From positions 17,360,001 to 17,424,000 of the forward strand of contig CM060731.1 in assembly GCA_030704615.1 (NCBI GenBank): DNA of 64,000 nt, written 5' to 3'. The translations under genes and the position numbers were made by a program. Below are positions 9,501 to 21,529 of this stretch, in pieces. This DNA comes from Takakia lepidozioides. Taxonomy: Eukaryota > Plantae > Bryophyta. Under the pieces are notes generated by a model, which saw only the letters and a program-made list of their open reading frames with translations, made no database searches and was not told the origin of the DNA. Positions within the stretch are counted from its first letter, which is position 1. Each line of letters opens with the position of its first letter.

Positions 9501-12474
9501 TTTCGGGCTAGACCTGGGAAAATGGCGCCGAATTTCCAGTTCAGGGCTCCCAAAATGGCTAAGTCCCTAGGGTGGCTGGCACCGAAAACCGAAATTCGGC
9601 GCCATTTTTCCGATTCCAGGGCCAGACAATTCAGGGACTTAGCCATTTTCGGCCCGGACTTGGGAAAATGGCGCCGAATTTCCAGTTCAGGGCTCCCAAA
9701 ATGGCTAAGTCCCTAGGGTGGCAGGCACCGAAAACCGAAATTCGGCGCCATTTTTCCAATTCCAGGGCCAGACAGTTCAGGGACTTAGGCATTTTCGGCC
9801 CGGACCTGGGAAAATGGCGCCGAATTTCCAGTTCAGGGCTCCCAAAATGGCTAAGTCCCTAGGGTGGAAGGCACCGAAAACCGAAATTCGGCGCCATTTT
9901 TCCAATTCCAGGGCCAGTCAGTTCAGGGACTTAGGCATTTTCGGCCCGGACCTGGGAAAATGGCGCCGAATTTCCAGTTCAGGGCTCCAAAAATGGCTAA
10001 GTCCCTAGGGTGGCTGGCACCGAAAACCGAAATTCGGCGCCATTTTCCCAATTCTAGGCCCAGTCAGTTCCACCCCAACCTGGGAAAATGGTGCCGAATT
10101 TCCAGTTCAGGGACCTCATTCTGTGTTTTTCATGAATGCAGGTACTGCAAGTTCTCTCTTTTGGAGAAAGGTCATCTGTCTTTCGAGCCACCATTCTTCC
10201 TGGCATGGAGGAACCCTGGGGCTGACTCCATGTACACTGACGTTATTGTGAAGGAGTGGCATCTAGAACATTTGCGTGATTGCCCTTGGTATGTGGACCT
10301 TTCGCCCGGCTCGCTCGGCCCATCCGAGCTTCAATTGAAGCTGGATGCTAAGGCCTGACGAAACCGGGCTCCGCTGCCTCCGCTGGGTCCAAAAGAGGCA
10401 AAAGCGCTTGCAAACTCCAGGAAAGCGGCAGAGCTTGCTCAGGCAGGAATTCAGGAGAAATTGAATGAGAAGAATAAAGGCCAAAGGAAAAGGACAAGGA
10501 AACAGGTGAGTACAGTAACACCCAAAAAACAGAAAACCATCGGGGCATCGGAGGAGGCCCAGGAGGGGACCCAAGGGAGTGACTCGGACGACGACTTTGT
10601 TCAAGGTCCTGCGACTGCTGCTGCTGCTACCAAGTCACCGGTCGTCCGGGTTCCCAAGTCAGTTCGGAGTGGGACTGGCTCTGCCAAGAAGTTGGCATTT
10701 GAGGGCGAGCCTACACGGCGGTATTCGGCGGTGACGTTTACGCACAGGCCAAAGCTAGAACCTCCAACCATCATCCAATGCGTCAATGAGAGCTTCCTTG
10801 ACGCTCTCGCTGCCAGGGTGAAGAAGGTGGCACACAGCAAAGCAGAAGGGGAAAGCCAAGAAGAGGGCTGCCGGTACAGAGCCTAAAGACACCCCTGGTT
10901 TTGAAGCCATGATGGAATTCTTCACCGCTGTGAGCACGGATTGCAAGAGCACTCAGGGGGGGGGTTGAGGTGGAGAGAGTTTGCGATATGATTCTCCTCG
11001 ACATTCCAGATGGGGAGCTGCTGGAGGGCCTGGATGGTGTGCCCAACTGGAACAGGTTTACTGAGGACTACTGGAAAGCCGGGTTTGGGCTGGCAGGGAT
11101 GCTCCTGGATGACGGTGGATGTGTGGTTGTCTTTGCCACAAGAGGGAAGACCACAGAGAATGCGGTGGCAAGATGGACACCGAAAAGTGTCACCCCGGTC
11201 CTCCTCAGAAAATGGTTCTGCATCAATACACAGGGGTTGCGAACAGAGGGCCAAAGTGTAAGTTATCAATCTATTGCATTCACCTCATATTGTGGTGTAT
11301 CTAAACTAGATCCCGGAGTTGATCCCTCTTTTGTTGGATGTGCAGACATTGGTGTTTGAGGCATATTGCTTTGTGAAGAGAGGGTCTACGTTCAAATTCC
11401 GCAACGACGGTCGTCTTGTTGATGCCGCTGTGGACCCTGTTACCTATGATGTCCTCTACAACTATGTGCCCCACTCCAGTATGCCGAAGGACACAAAGAC
11501 AGGCAAACCGTGGCGGTACAGCCGGACCCGGAGCCCTGCTTTCATCCAAACCCTCATGGAGACATGCTCGGATGTCCAAGGGCGAATTCTTGACCTCACA
11601 TGTGACATGGGTAAGCCTTCACGTGCTCAGTTTATCCCCTGGCCCGATTGCAATTGCATGTCGCAAGCTATTAACCGCCTGCTTTGTTCCTCAGGTGCTT
11701 CAATGTGGGCAGGGACGTTGTCCAACAGGCATGTGTTCGCCTTCGAGCCAGATACTGCCCTCCACAACTCGGAACTTGCAGCGGCTGAACGTCTACCCAA
11801 AGAGGAAGAGGCACCCTCGGAGGATGAGGAAAAATCCGAGAAGGAGCAGGGGGAGGAACAAGTTGGGATCGAGGCCGAGGAGCCCCCGGTTTACGAGTGA
11901 GTGGTCGCATTGTAAGTTGCGTGAGGCACCTCCCTTTGCTCTCTTATTTCATTGAAAACCCTTTCTGCTTCTGCTGGTATTGACATTCTTGAAGTGGATT
12001 TGTTCTTACTGTAGGATGCCAAGTACTGCATGAGGGACGTCTACACTGGAGTTCATGGGCAGGAGGAACGTGCCTTTTTTTGCCAGGGGGGATTTCATGC
12101 CTAGTCCAAAAAGGGACTACATCCATCCTACTTATGTTGCCCGGCTTGCTTTGGTGTCCATTAGGAGGTCTTCCGAACCTAGTCGTGTACAACAGATTTT
12201 AGATGAGGCAAGCCTCAAGAAAATGAAGATGAGGGAGGAGGCAGCAGATATTAGAGCCCGTCGGGCTCGTAGATTTGTCTTGGATTCTGCTGAGGAAAGT
12301 GGGGGAGAAGAGGCAGAAGATTCCCAGGAGGTGAGGTGGACAGTCCCCCAAGGAGAGGACGGAATTTTTGAGAGGCATAGTGCAACCGATGCATCACAGA
12401 GCTCGGAGGATGGGGGGGATGAGGGGGATGAGGAAGAAGGAGGGCCAAGTTCCTCAGAAGGTGTAGGAGAGTAG
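6562..12474 (+). CDS. M1 cargo: multi-exon ParB/Srx-like plus beta-class N6A/N4C DNA-MTase-like fusion protein (some stops/frameshifts; start uncertain)
   Basis: ParB-like IPLCRL...VRP...IDKL...FRDGY...VWDGNHRLLAW (about 7640-7945). MTase-like DMILLDIPDG...LLDDGG (10985-11120), RSPAFIQTLMETCS..GRILDLTCDMG and ASMWAGTLSNRHVFAFEPD (11530-11755). GT-AG introns at positions shared with M3. Confidence 0.8.
9365..10112. repeat. M1 intronic 146-bp tandem array with two oppositely oriented GGCGCCGAATTT motifs per unit
   Basis: Near-identical unit starts at 9426, 9572, 9718, 9864 and 10010, between donor at about 9289 and acceptor at about 10141. Confidence 0.93.
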
Positions 12475-12683
12475 TTCCCATTCCTGCTATGTCAGTTAGG
12501 ACACACTTGTATAGACGTGGCTTGCCACAAAATTTGCAATAAAATGTTGCATTTCATTGCTATGACGAGTCCACATGACCCTATTTCCGTGCCTCCTAAC
12601 CCTATTTCCGTGGACACACAATGGCCCGCTCAAGCTTTTTTTTTTCCCGCTCATGCTCATGCCGCTCATGAAATAGCAGCCCC

Positions 12684-13560
12684 CCGCTGGTTTATGACTT
12701 AGACAAAACAGGCTATAAACACTACTACCTATTTCTTAAGACATGCAACAGAGGTTGTCCGACGGTATGCTTTCAAAAACGATTATGAAGTAATCGTTTT
12801 AAGGATAGCTAAACCATAAACGTCGGATGAAGCCATATCTCTGCATGCTGCTTAATCCTATTGATTAAGCCCAATCTACAGTCTCTTAAGCATAAAAGAT
12901 CTTAGTCGAAAGGACTGAAGCCTCTTGGTTCATACAAGCAGATGGTAGTCAAGAGAAAACAAGAACTATTCTGAGATGATACACATTCTCACCATCTCAC
13001 GTTCTCTCATAATGCACATTCTCTCCATCTCACATTCACTCTACACAGAGATACTTCGAATAGCATGGCTTTACTTCAGAGCTCGTCACATCATCACAGA
13101 AGTACACATAATCACTCTGAGTCCCTCTAAATACACATTGATCACTGATACTCCTACCGCACACCTTCTGAGTTGCGTGCAGTCTTTTTATATTATGCTC
13201 GAAAGAGCCGTTACAGCCTGCGGTCGTTAATGACCGTTTGCCTAACTGCCTACGCAACCTAAAAGGTTTGCTAAAAAGTGGCTCGTTGTAGTGGTCGTGA
13301 GCCATAGTGGTAAACGGTCCACTACTCCCTCTATTGGTTAAAGCCGATGGTAACGTGACCATGCAATATCGTGGTTCACGGCTCACGGTTACTACACTAC
13401 CCACTACTGCTCTCGTGGTAATGTACCCTTGTCCCGCCATTGGCTAAGTACCGTGTACTTAGCCGTCTCTGCCTGTGGCTCAGGTAGTGTACGTCCATCA
13501 CTACCCGGTATGTCCCATTGTGACCCTTGTTGTCTGTCCCTCGTAGCATAGCCGTTATCA
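12684..13560 (-). repeat. 3' LTR (its first bases, tgttaaccgctggtt, lie at 3157-3171, displaced by M1)
   Basis: Matches 23724-24606 with roughly a dozen substitutions by eye; ends in ...gccgttatca. Confidence 0.95.
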
Positions 13561-13580
13561 TTTATTCCCCCCCTTCTTTT
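13561..13580 (-). other. Polypurine tract
   Basis: Minus strand aaaagaagggggggaataaa immediately precedes the 3' LTR. Confidence 0.85.
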
Positions 13581-13603
13581 GAAATTGTGTCCGCACAATT
13601 TCG

Positions 13604-16463
13604 TCAGTTCCTGTACTTGTTGTATCTCTTGGGGATGTAAGGTAGTGGCATGTCTGTCTGCAAGGTAGGAAGTGCGTCCCAGGATTGTCGTGGTGGCAGT
13701 TTCTTGTTCCTGTTATTGTCATTATCTGGTTGCTCCTCTGGTTTGTGAGTAGGCCAGCTTTCTTCATCAGGGTGTTCTGCTATCCCGTCCCCACGTACCA
13801 TATTGATTTTGTTGGTCAAGGTTTCGCGGTAGATTTGCAGCTCCTCCTTCGTCCAGGGTATAATGTGTTTTGTTGCCCTGCTGCCCATTAACCAGTTAAC
13901 AGCTTGGACCCCTGTTTCTCTGAAAGGGTGGTCTCTATCCAATACCAATGGTGAAAAGTGGTCATTTGCCTGGCGCCATGCTTCAGCATAAAGTGGCATA
14001 TTCATATATGCTGAAGTGCCTGTGACTCTCTCTGGTGGCTGAAATTTGGGTAATTCCCAGTGAGTATCTTTTTCAATACTCTCATAGCGCTGCCAGCTTC
14101 CCCTCATTGTCACGAACATGCGGTACAAGTAACTGCCAATATAAAAACTTGGGCATCCCATCACAATGGTTACTGCTGGGGTAGGATTAATCTTCAATTG
14201 CCCCACTGCCCGCATGTAAGCTACCAGCTCCTTGTATTCCAGAGGAGTTTGGCGCCAGAATTCAACCAATTCTGCCCCTGACCATGACTCCTCCTTAGCC
14301 AGTGGTCTCATCCTATATCTCAGAGGAATAAGAGTTTGATTGAGCAGATGTAATTGACCCAATGATTTGCAGGGAGTTAAGGTTTTGAAAACCTTCTCCA
14401 GTATTTCTGGGATTTGTTGGGCTGGTACTACCATCATTTTAAAGTATTCCTCTGAATACTTTAACCACTCCCCATCCTGCTTGCATGGCATGATTTGGAA
14501 ATCATCCACTGCTACTGAAGTTGATGCTACCAGGACACTTGGTAGTGTTACAGGGTTTACCTCTTGAGTAGATGGCCCTGTACCAGTGTTTGTTGGCTTG
14601 GTGGTGGTTGTGTTGCTGGTGGTGTTTGTGTTGGTGTTGTTGTTGTTGATTGTATTGGTGTCTCTTGTTCATGATCTTGCTCCTCTTGATCATCTTCGTC
14701 CATGAGTTCCTCTTGTTCTGGAATTGGTGGTAGGAACTCCTCATGAATGTCTGTCACCAATTTCGCCAACTGGCACTTCATCTGCCTCACCATTGCTCTA
14801 TTGAGTTTCTTCATCTCCAATTCACTCCCTTCATTCAACCAGGCTCTGGCTAAGGCTGCGTCTGTTGCATCCAACCCTGCTTGCAATGTCGGCTTCTCCA
14901 GCTGCTGCTTCCATTCTTGTTCATTGCCCATGGCAATGTCTCTTTCTGCGGTGGCGGTAAACAGCCTGCTCTCAGCATTCTCCCTTTGCTTCAGCAGTGT
15001 AGTGTTGCTGTTGAGCCACTTGGTTCCCTGATCTCTGGCAGTCCTCAGCTGCCCCTTCAGTGTCTCCACCTGCTGCTTTAATGTTTGCACCTGCCCTGTG
15101 AGTGTTTCCACCTCTGTCTCTGTTTTCCGAGATCTCTCTCGCTCTGCATCGAGGTCGGCTTGGACATGGCGTGTTTCGTCTCTCTGTCTTTCCCACTTTT
15201 GCTCCCACTCATCTCTGCGTTGTGCCAATGTGTTGTATTGGCGGAGTAAGGTCGACTTTTGATCTTCTAATGCTGCAATTGTAACCTCATGGTTACATAC
15301 TGCTCTTGCAGTGGCCAATTCCCTCTGGTGCTTCTCTTTGATGTGGTCTAAGATCATGTTCAGGTTTTCCGGGCTGATGTAATCCTTGGCCCTGTCCATA
15401 CAAACTGTCAATTGCCCCAATGCTTGTATTGCCTGCAGAATGACATTTTGTGGTGCTTCCTCCAACCCTGTGTCCTATGCTGTTGTATCTAAAACTTGTT
15501 GTGCTAGTAGTAATTCCAAATTGGAATTTCTGTCTTGTTGCTGCTGACTCGGTGCCTCTTGCACAATCTGCTGTTGCTGCTGATCGGGTGCCTGTTGCAC
15601 TATCTGCTGTTGCTGCGCCACTATGTCTCCCTCCTCTAATTGTGTGGCTTCTGTGTGTGCTGTTTGCTGTGCTTCGGTGTTGCCATGGTTAATTTCCATG
15701 GGTGTTGCTTCGTTCTGTGGTTTGTTCCCTCCTTATGGCTGTTGATTCTCCCCTTCTCTCTGTACTGGGGAATCAGCCGTCGAGTTGATGATGTCATTTG
15801 CTGCTGCACTTGTGTTGCTTCATTGATCCGGGCTCTTTTTGCAAGTCCGCCCTCTTCTTCTTCCTGACATGCTGCCATCTCACTTCCTTCTTCCTCCATT
15901 GTGTCTACCCGTTGCATGATTCCCAACGTCGCTTGCTCTTCGGCCGTTAGATGTACAGTGTGTCGAATCATCTGGAGTAACAATGGAGTTGCCATGGTAA
16001 TAGTCGCTTCCTTCTTCTTTTTTGTCAACCTGGTCAATTCTTGAGTTAACTTTTTCAATAAGAAGCTTGCCCAATTCACGATTTGCCCATTGAAGCAAAT
16101 CAACACTTGGTCGATTAGCTCCTTGGTACAGTAGCTATGGTTTTGCCTGAGGCAAAGCAATGTGCTAAGTACTGGGGCTATCTTCCTGAAGCCATGGTTT
16201 TTGTTGTGGCTGCATGTGTAGCCTTGATCTGCGTGCTTCAGGTTCCAGTCCAGCGTGGTGATGAAGTATCGCAGGCCAAGACTGTCCAACGTCTCATGTG
16301 TCTCTGTGTCCTGCTCAATCTTCCGCAACGCTGGGCTGATTTTGAAATTGACTTGCGCATAAGAACTTGGTGCCTTCCGCTTGGTGCCTGCCATTTCTCT
16401 TAGTCTCGGGTTGCTGTAAGGAATTGGAGCACCAATTCCTGTATCACAAGAAGTATGAAGCAC
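13604..16463 (-). CDS. Extra 3' ORF region of the Gypsy element (helical domain, coiled coil, unknown C-terminal domain), frameshifted
   Basis: ORFs 15636..16463, 14557..15465 (heptad-rich) and 13604..14509 lie between integrase and PPT, in the sense orientation. Confidence 0.65.
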
Positions 16464-16802
16464 ATTGGAAGTTGTGTATACAACAATTTCTAGTTTGCGG
16501 AAGAGAAGGTGAGGAGTTCGCTCCTGGGTTTAAGTAGGGGTTCATCTCTGTAGGTTTCTCCTCTAACTTCTCTCGAGGTTCTCGTGGAGGTAATTTTGTC
16601 CTGCTGGTTGCCTAGGTTTAAAGTGTGGTTAGCTTTAATTGTTGGGCCCAAGCTTACCAAGAAGCATTTAGCCTCAGGTAACGGTTTTGAGAAAACTTCA
16701 TCCATTTTGTGCTTGATTTTATTCCGTTGGTTTTTTCTTCGTGATTTGTTTTGTTTAAAACTGATGGTCGTTGATGATTGTCCAGTTTCGGTCAGTTTAT
16801 GT

Positions 16803-19800
16803 TCATCCCTCTGAGTTGTGTTCATCCACTTTGGTATGTGGTCCATTTTTTAGATGGGCGGCGTTGGCGCAGTACTTGCAGCTTGGTTTAATGGCTTTGC
16901 CCTTATCGTCCGCCGTCTTTTGGCAATCCATTGGATTGCGCCGTCGTTCCGCCTCTGTGTTATGATCGAAGGGTAGTGGTGTATGATTACCACTGTCGGT
17001 GGGGTGATTTGGAGCGAACATCTCGGAATTCAACACAAGCAGTGACTCATTGGCCGTTTCGTATTCGTTCACTGTTCTGTAGGGCATCTGTGCTGGCCAC
17101 GGTTCACCATACGGTATACGGGGTGGTAATGTTGTCCTCCAGATAAATGGTGGTCTAGCCATCGTGGTGCCCTGAATTCGTGTTGCCACTTGTCTTAGTA
17201 CATGTTGATTCACCGTGTCGTGATGAATGTAGTAGGCATTGGTAGTTTCGCACTCCTCATCTTTAGTTTGATCTTCCTCGTTGGCGTATAAATAATGTAT
17301 AAGAGCTTTGTCATGTATTCCCTGGTAGCCTTTTAGCTTGTTAATATTAATTCGACCCACGAATTCTTGTTCCAAGGTTTGCAAATCAACAGTCCCATTG
17401 TCATGTACCCTTTTGATTTGAAATGGTCCCATCCATGGCATTTTCAATTTTCCGCCCAGTTTGATCTTCTTGATTTTTGGTAACCATAATACAATGTCCC
17501 CGTCCTGGAAAGATTTCTCTTTCCCTTCGGATATTCTTTTCCTTCGTTGTTCCTGAATTCGTGCCATATTATCTGCGGCATCTGTTCGAACTTCTTCCAA
17601 ATGGAATAACTCATATTCCCTGACTCGTAAGGATTCTTCTAAACCCCATCGTTCATGAGTTCCGGTTCGTAGTGTGGGTATCATACATTCAATATGTAAT
17701 AGTGCCTCTACTCCATACACCAGTTGAAATGGTGTATGCTTCGTGGTTACCTGGTATGATGTCTTGAATGCCCATAGTGTTGTGTTCAATTTGGTGTCCC
17801 AATCTGTACGATTGGCATTTATTATCTTGGTTAAGATAGTGCATAATATTTTGTTGGTAGATTCGGCCTGACCGTTTCCTTGAGGATAGTAAGCAGTACT
17901 CTTGTGATGTACAATCATAAACTCCTCCGTCAAGCATTTTATGGCATCATTTATGAAATGTGATCCCTGATCACTGACGAATTCCAGTGGGCAACCAAAT
18001 CGTGTGATGATGTTTTCATATAAGAATTTGGCTGTTGATCTGGCAGTGTTGTCTCTTAGTGCCTTGGCCTCTACCCATTTGGTAGTGTAGTCAGTGGTTG
18101 TGAGGATGTATTGGTTTTGTGTGTACCTTGCTGGAGGTTTAATGGGTCCCACAAAGTCTAGCCCCCAACGCTGAAATGGTTCTGTTGGTAGTATTGGGTG
18201 CAGAGTCCCCTTCCCCGTTCGTTCTACCGGTCCCATCCTCTGGCAGACATCACACTATTGACAGTGTTCATAAGTATCTCCAAATATAGTAGGCCACCAG
18301 TAGCTTGCTAGTAATATTTTCTTTGTTGTCAGGTCCGAACTGAAGTGTCCACCTGCAATTCCCTTCGTGTAGTTCTTGCATTACTGTTTTGGCTTGGTCT
18401 TTGTTTACACATCTTCTCATTATGGAGTCAATTCCTCTTTTGCATAGAATCCCTTTGATTAATGTGTATGGCTTGCTTTTCATTGAAAGCTTCCTCCTGT
18501 CATCTTTGGTGTAACCTTCAGGAAATTTCCCTGTGTTCAGATAATATTTGATTGGCCATTGCCAATCATCTTGATCTTGATCCTGAATATCTTCTAAATC
18601 TTCTTTGGTGACTGTATAAGCTCCAATACTGATATTGGCCAATTCTTGATTGTTTGTTTCTTCGTTTTCCTTGTCATCTTCTTCTTGTGGATCTGGCTCT
18701 TCTTCAATAATAAGTCCTTCATCAAGAGGTTCATCTTCATCGGATGAATCTTCTTCTTCATCCGTGTCGTCCATGAGTTTGAGAGCATATGGAAGGTCAT
18801 AGTCTCCTTGAAACATTCCTAGAGCATTTATAGGATCTGTCTCTTCATCTGGTGCTTCTGGTTGAACAGCAAACAGAAATGCATCGGGAAGTTGATCCTC
18901 TACCCCCGTGGCTGGTTCTCCTATAGTAATCCTTGACAGATGATCTGCTGTAACATGTAATCTCCCTGGTTTATGAACAACTTCAAAGTCATACTCATGA
19001 AGAAGTAATAACCATCGAGCAACCCTGCCACTAGCTAGTGGTCGATTTGCTAGATGAACTAGAGCATGATCAACAATGAACTTAAAGCGATTGCCAAGTA
19101 AATAATGTCGAAATTTTTGAACAGCATAAATCATTGCCAATGCTTCCTTTTCTATGGAGCTATAGTTCTTTTCTGCTATTGTCAACAATCTACTTGCATA
19201 ATAGATTGGTGAATCTATTGTGCCTGTCACATTCTGAGCTAGAACCGCTCCCAAAGCAATGCCTGATGCATCACTGTGTACATGAAATGGTAAATCCCAT
19301 CTTGGATTTATCAGAATTGGTGCTGCTGTGAGTGCCCTTTTTAGTGAATCAAATGATTATTGGCAAGCTGGAGACCATCGATATTCGGTATCTTGCTTCA
19401 GCAGTCTATAGACCGGTGCCGCTCTGTGGGCATATTTGTCCATGTACCTTCTGTAATAGCTCGTCTGTCCAAGAAATCTCTTGAGTTTCTTGGGATTTTC
19501 TGGTGGTGGTATTTTCTGGATAACCTCCACTTTCTTTGGATCTACCATAATTCCCTGTTGGCACACAATGTGTCCCAATAATAATCATGAATTCACACAG
19601 AATGTACATTTTTCCGGGTTGAGACTTACTCCATTGTTTCTGCAGGCTTGTAGGCAAAGTTTTAACTATGCCAAATGTTTGGATTTTTGTCCAAAGACAC
19701 TGAAATCATCCAAAAATACCTGCATAAAATCATTGAGATAGTTCTTGAATATCTCAGATATTGCTCGTTGAAATGTGGCTGGTGCATTGCAAAGTCCAAA

Positions 19801-21529
19801 TGGCATGACTTTGTAAGCATATGCTCCCCATTCAGTGATGAATGCGGTCCAACACTATTTCAGTGAAAGGTAGTGGAAAATGATCTTTCTTGGTTCTTGC
19901 GTTTAACTTGCGGTAGTCCACACACACTCGTAGTTTTCCATTTTTCTTGGGTACTATCACAATGGGCGATAACCATTGTGGTGTCTCTACTGGGTATATG
20001 AATCCTGCATCCAGTAACTTCTTGATTTCTTCCCAAACTTTAGTTGCATAGTTGGGGTTCATTCTGTAACGGTTCTGACGAATTGGTTTTGTGTCAACTT
20101 CCAATTCAATTCGGTGCTGACAGATGTTAGAAGGTATCCCCTTCAAATCCTTGTAGTTCCAGGCAAATACATCCTTGTATTCAGTGAATAATGCAGTGGC
20201 TTCTTGTAGAAATGATTCTTTGAGACCTCCACTTACTCGTATTATCTGTGGTTCTTCCACTGTTCCCAGATGAATCAATTGAGTTTCTTCCGTTACTGTC
20301 CATCCTGCAATCTCTTGTCCGATGGTTGCAATTGTGGCAGGTACTTCACTGATTTGAATGTCTTCTTCCCTTTCTTGATAGAACCGGGCCGGGTGTTGAG
20401 GTGTGTCCATCGCTTCTTCCTCTGGATCTTCATTTCTCGAAGTATTTGGTTCTCCTTGGGTGTTCACCATGTGACATCCTACTGTTGTGGTATGCTTGAC
20501 CACCAGTTGTTCAATAGGTTCCAACTGTGGATGTGCTACGTATACTGTGGCTTCTTCTTCATCCGACAGTCCACTGGACCAATCATATTCTTCCACTATG
20601 CAAGGTCGTTTCTCTCGTGGAATGGTACCTCGTTGCTTTGTCGTGATGGTGACTTGTTCTGCTCCCTTTTTGATTGTGAGAGTCTGATTTCCCCAATCGT
20701 GGTGTGATTGGGCTTGTGTTAACCATGGTCGGCCAAGTAGTAGTGAATATCCCTCTGCCACATCCTCCATTCTGAGAATGGTTACTGATATTTCGTATAC
20801 CAGTCATGCTACTTCCATTGCAAGTCGTCTGATGATTCCCAATGGTTGCACTTTTCGTTGATCAGCCATTCGTACCGTGAATGGAGCAGGTTCCATATGC
20901 CCCAATCCTAATGACTTCTTCATCTTTTCTGTCATGATATTCACTACTGATCCTCCATCGATGAGTACATTCGTTACCATCTTCCGGCCAATACGTACTT
21001 GTATTACGGGTACTGCTTCGTCGTAATCTGGAGTTTGTCGTATAGTTGTGGGTTTAATCGTGTAAACCTCTGGTGTTGGTTTTTGTTTTGGTGTGGGGGT
21101 CAATGCCTTGATTGCCCGAAATAAAATTTTGTTGCAGTGTGGAGCAATTTTTAATAATTGTCCAATGGTAATTTGGGTCTTGGTCTGGCAGATTACTTCG
21201 GCCAATTCTGTTTCCGTGGTTGTATTCATGGCCTTCACCGTTGGTCTGATTTGCTCATCTGGAGTTGGCTCTCCAGAAGGTATATGGGTTCTTTCTTGCA
21301 TTTGAGCTATGGTTTTACTTACTTCCTGGTGTAAGCTCTTTTCCTCCTGCCATGCTGCACTTTCTGGATATTGTTTCCGTTCTTCTTCGATCTCCTTATC
21401 TGGAGGATTCTGTTTCTTGGCCTGAGTTCGGGTTACCGCAAGAGTATCCAGTACAGGGGTTACCATACTTACGGCTACACTTGGTCCGGCTTCCATATTT
21501 CCCACTTCTGCCTCATGCTTGATTCGCAA
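16803..21529 (-). pseudogene. Gypsy pol (protease, RT, RNase H, integrase), disrupted
   Basis: LIDGGS protease; PIVIVPKKNGKLRVCVDYRKLN, MPFGLCNAPATFQR and FLDD (RT, with an internal deletion near 19845); DASG/EKEALA RNase H; [27 protein letters not shown] integrase. Confidence 0.93.

Larger units (their letters stand above)
3172..12683. mobile_element. MULE element M1 (non-autonomous, retains ParB-MTase cargo)
   Basis: 9-bp TSD ccgctggtt at 3163-3171 and 12684-12692. Imperfect TIRs gaggttagctatttcatgagc... and ...gctcatgaaatagcagcccc, rich in CATGAGC units. Removing it restores the LTR start. Confidence 0.93.

Noticed and set aside
6412-11900. Bacterial contamination explaining ParB/MTase
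   Set aside because: The genes have GT-AG introns and sit within TSD-verified nested insertions in plant sequence.
12976-13440. LTR ORFs (also 24022-24486)
   Set aside because: They are duplicated only because the LTRs are; no recognisable protein features.
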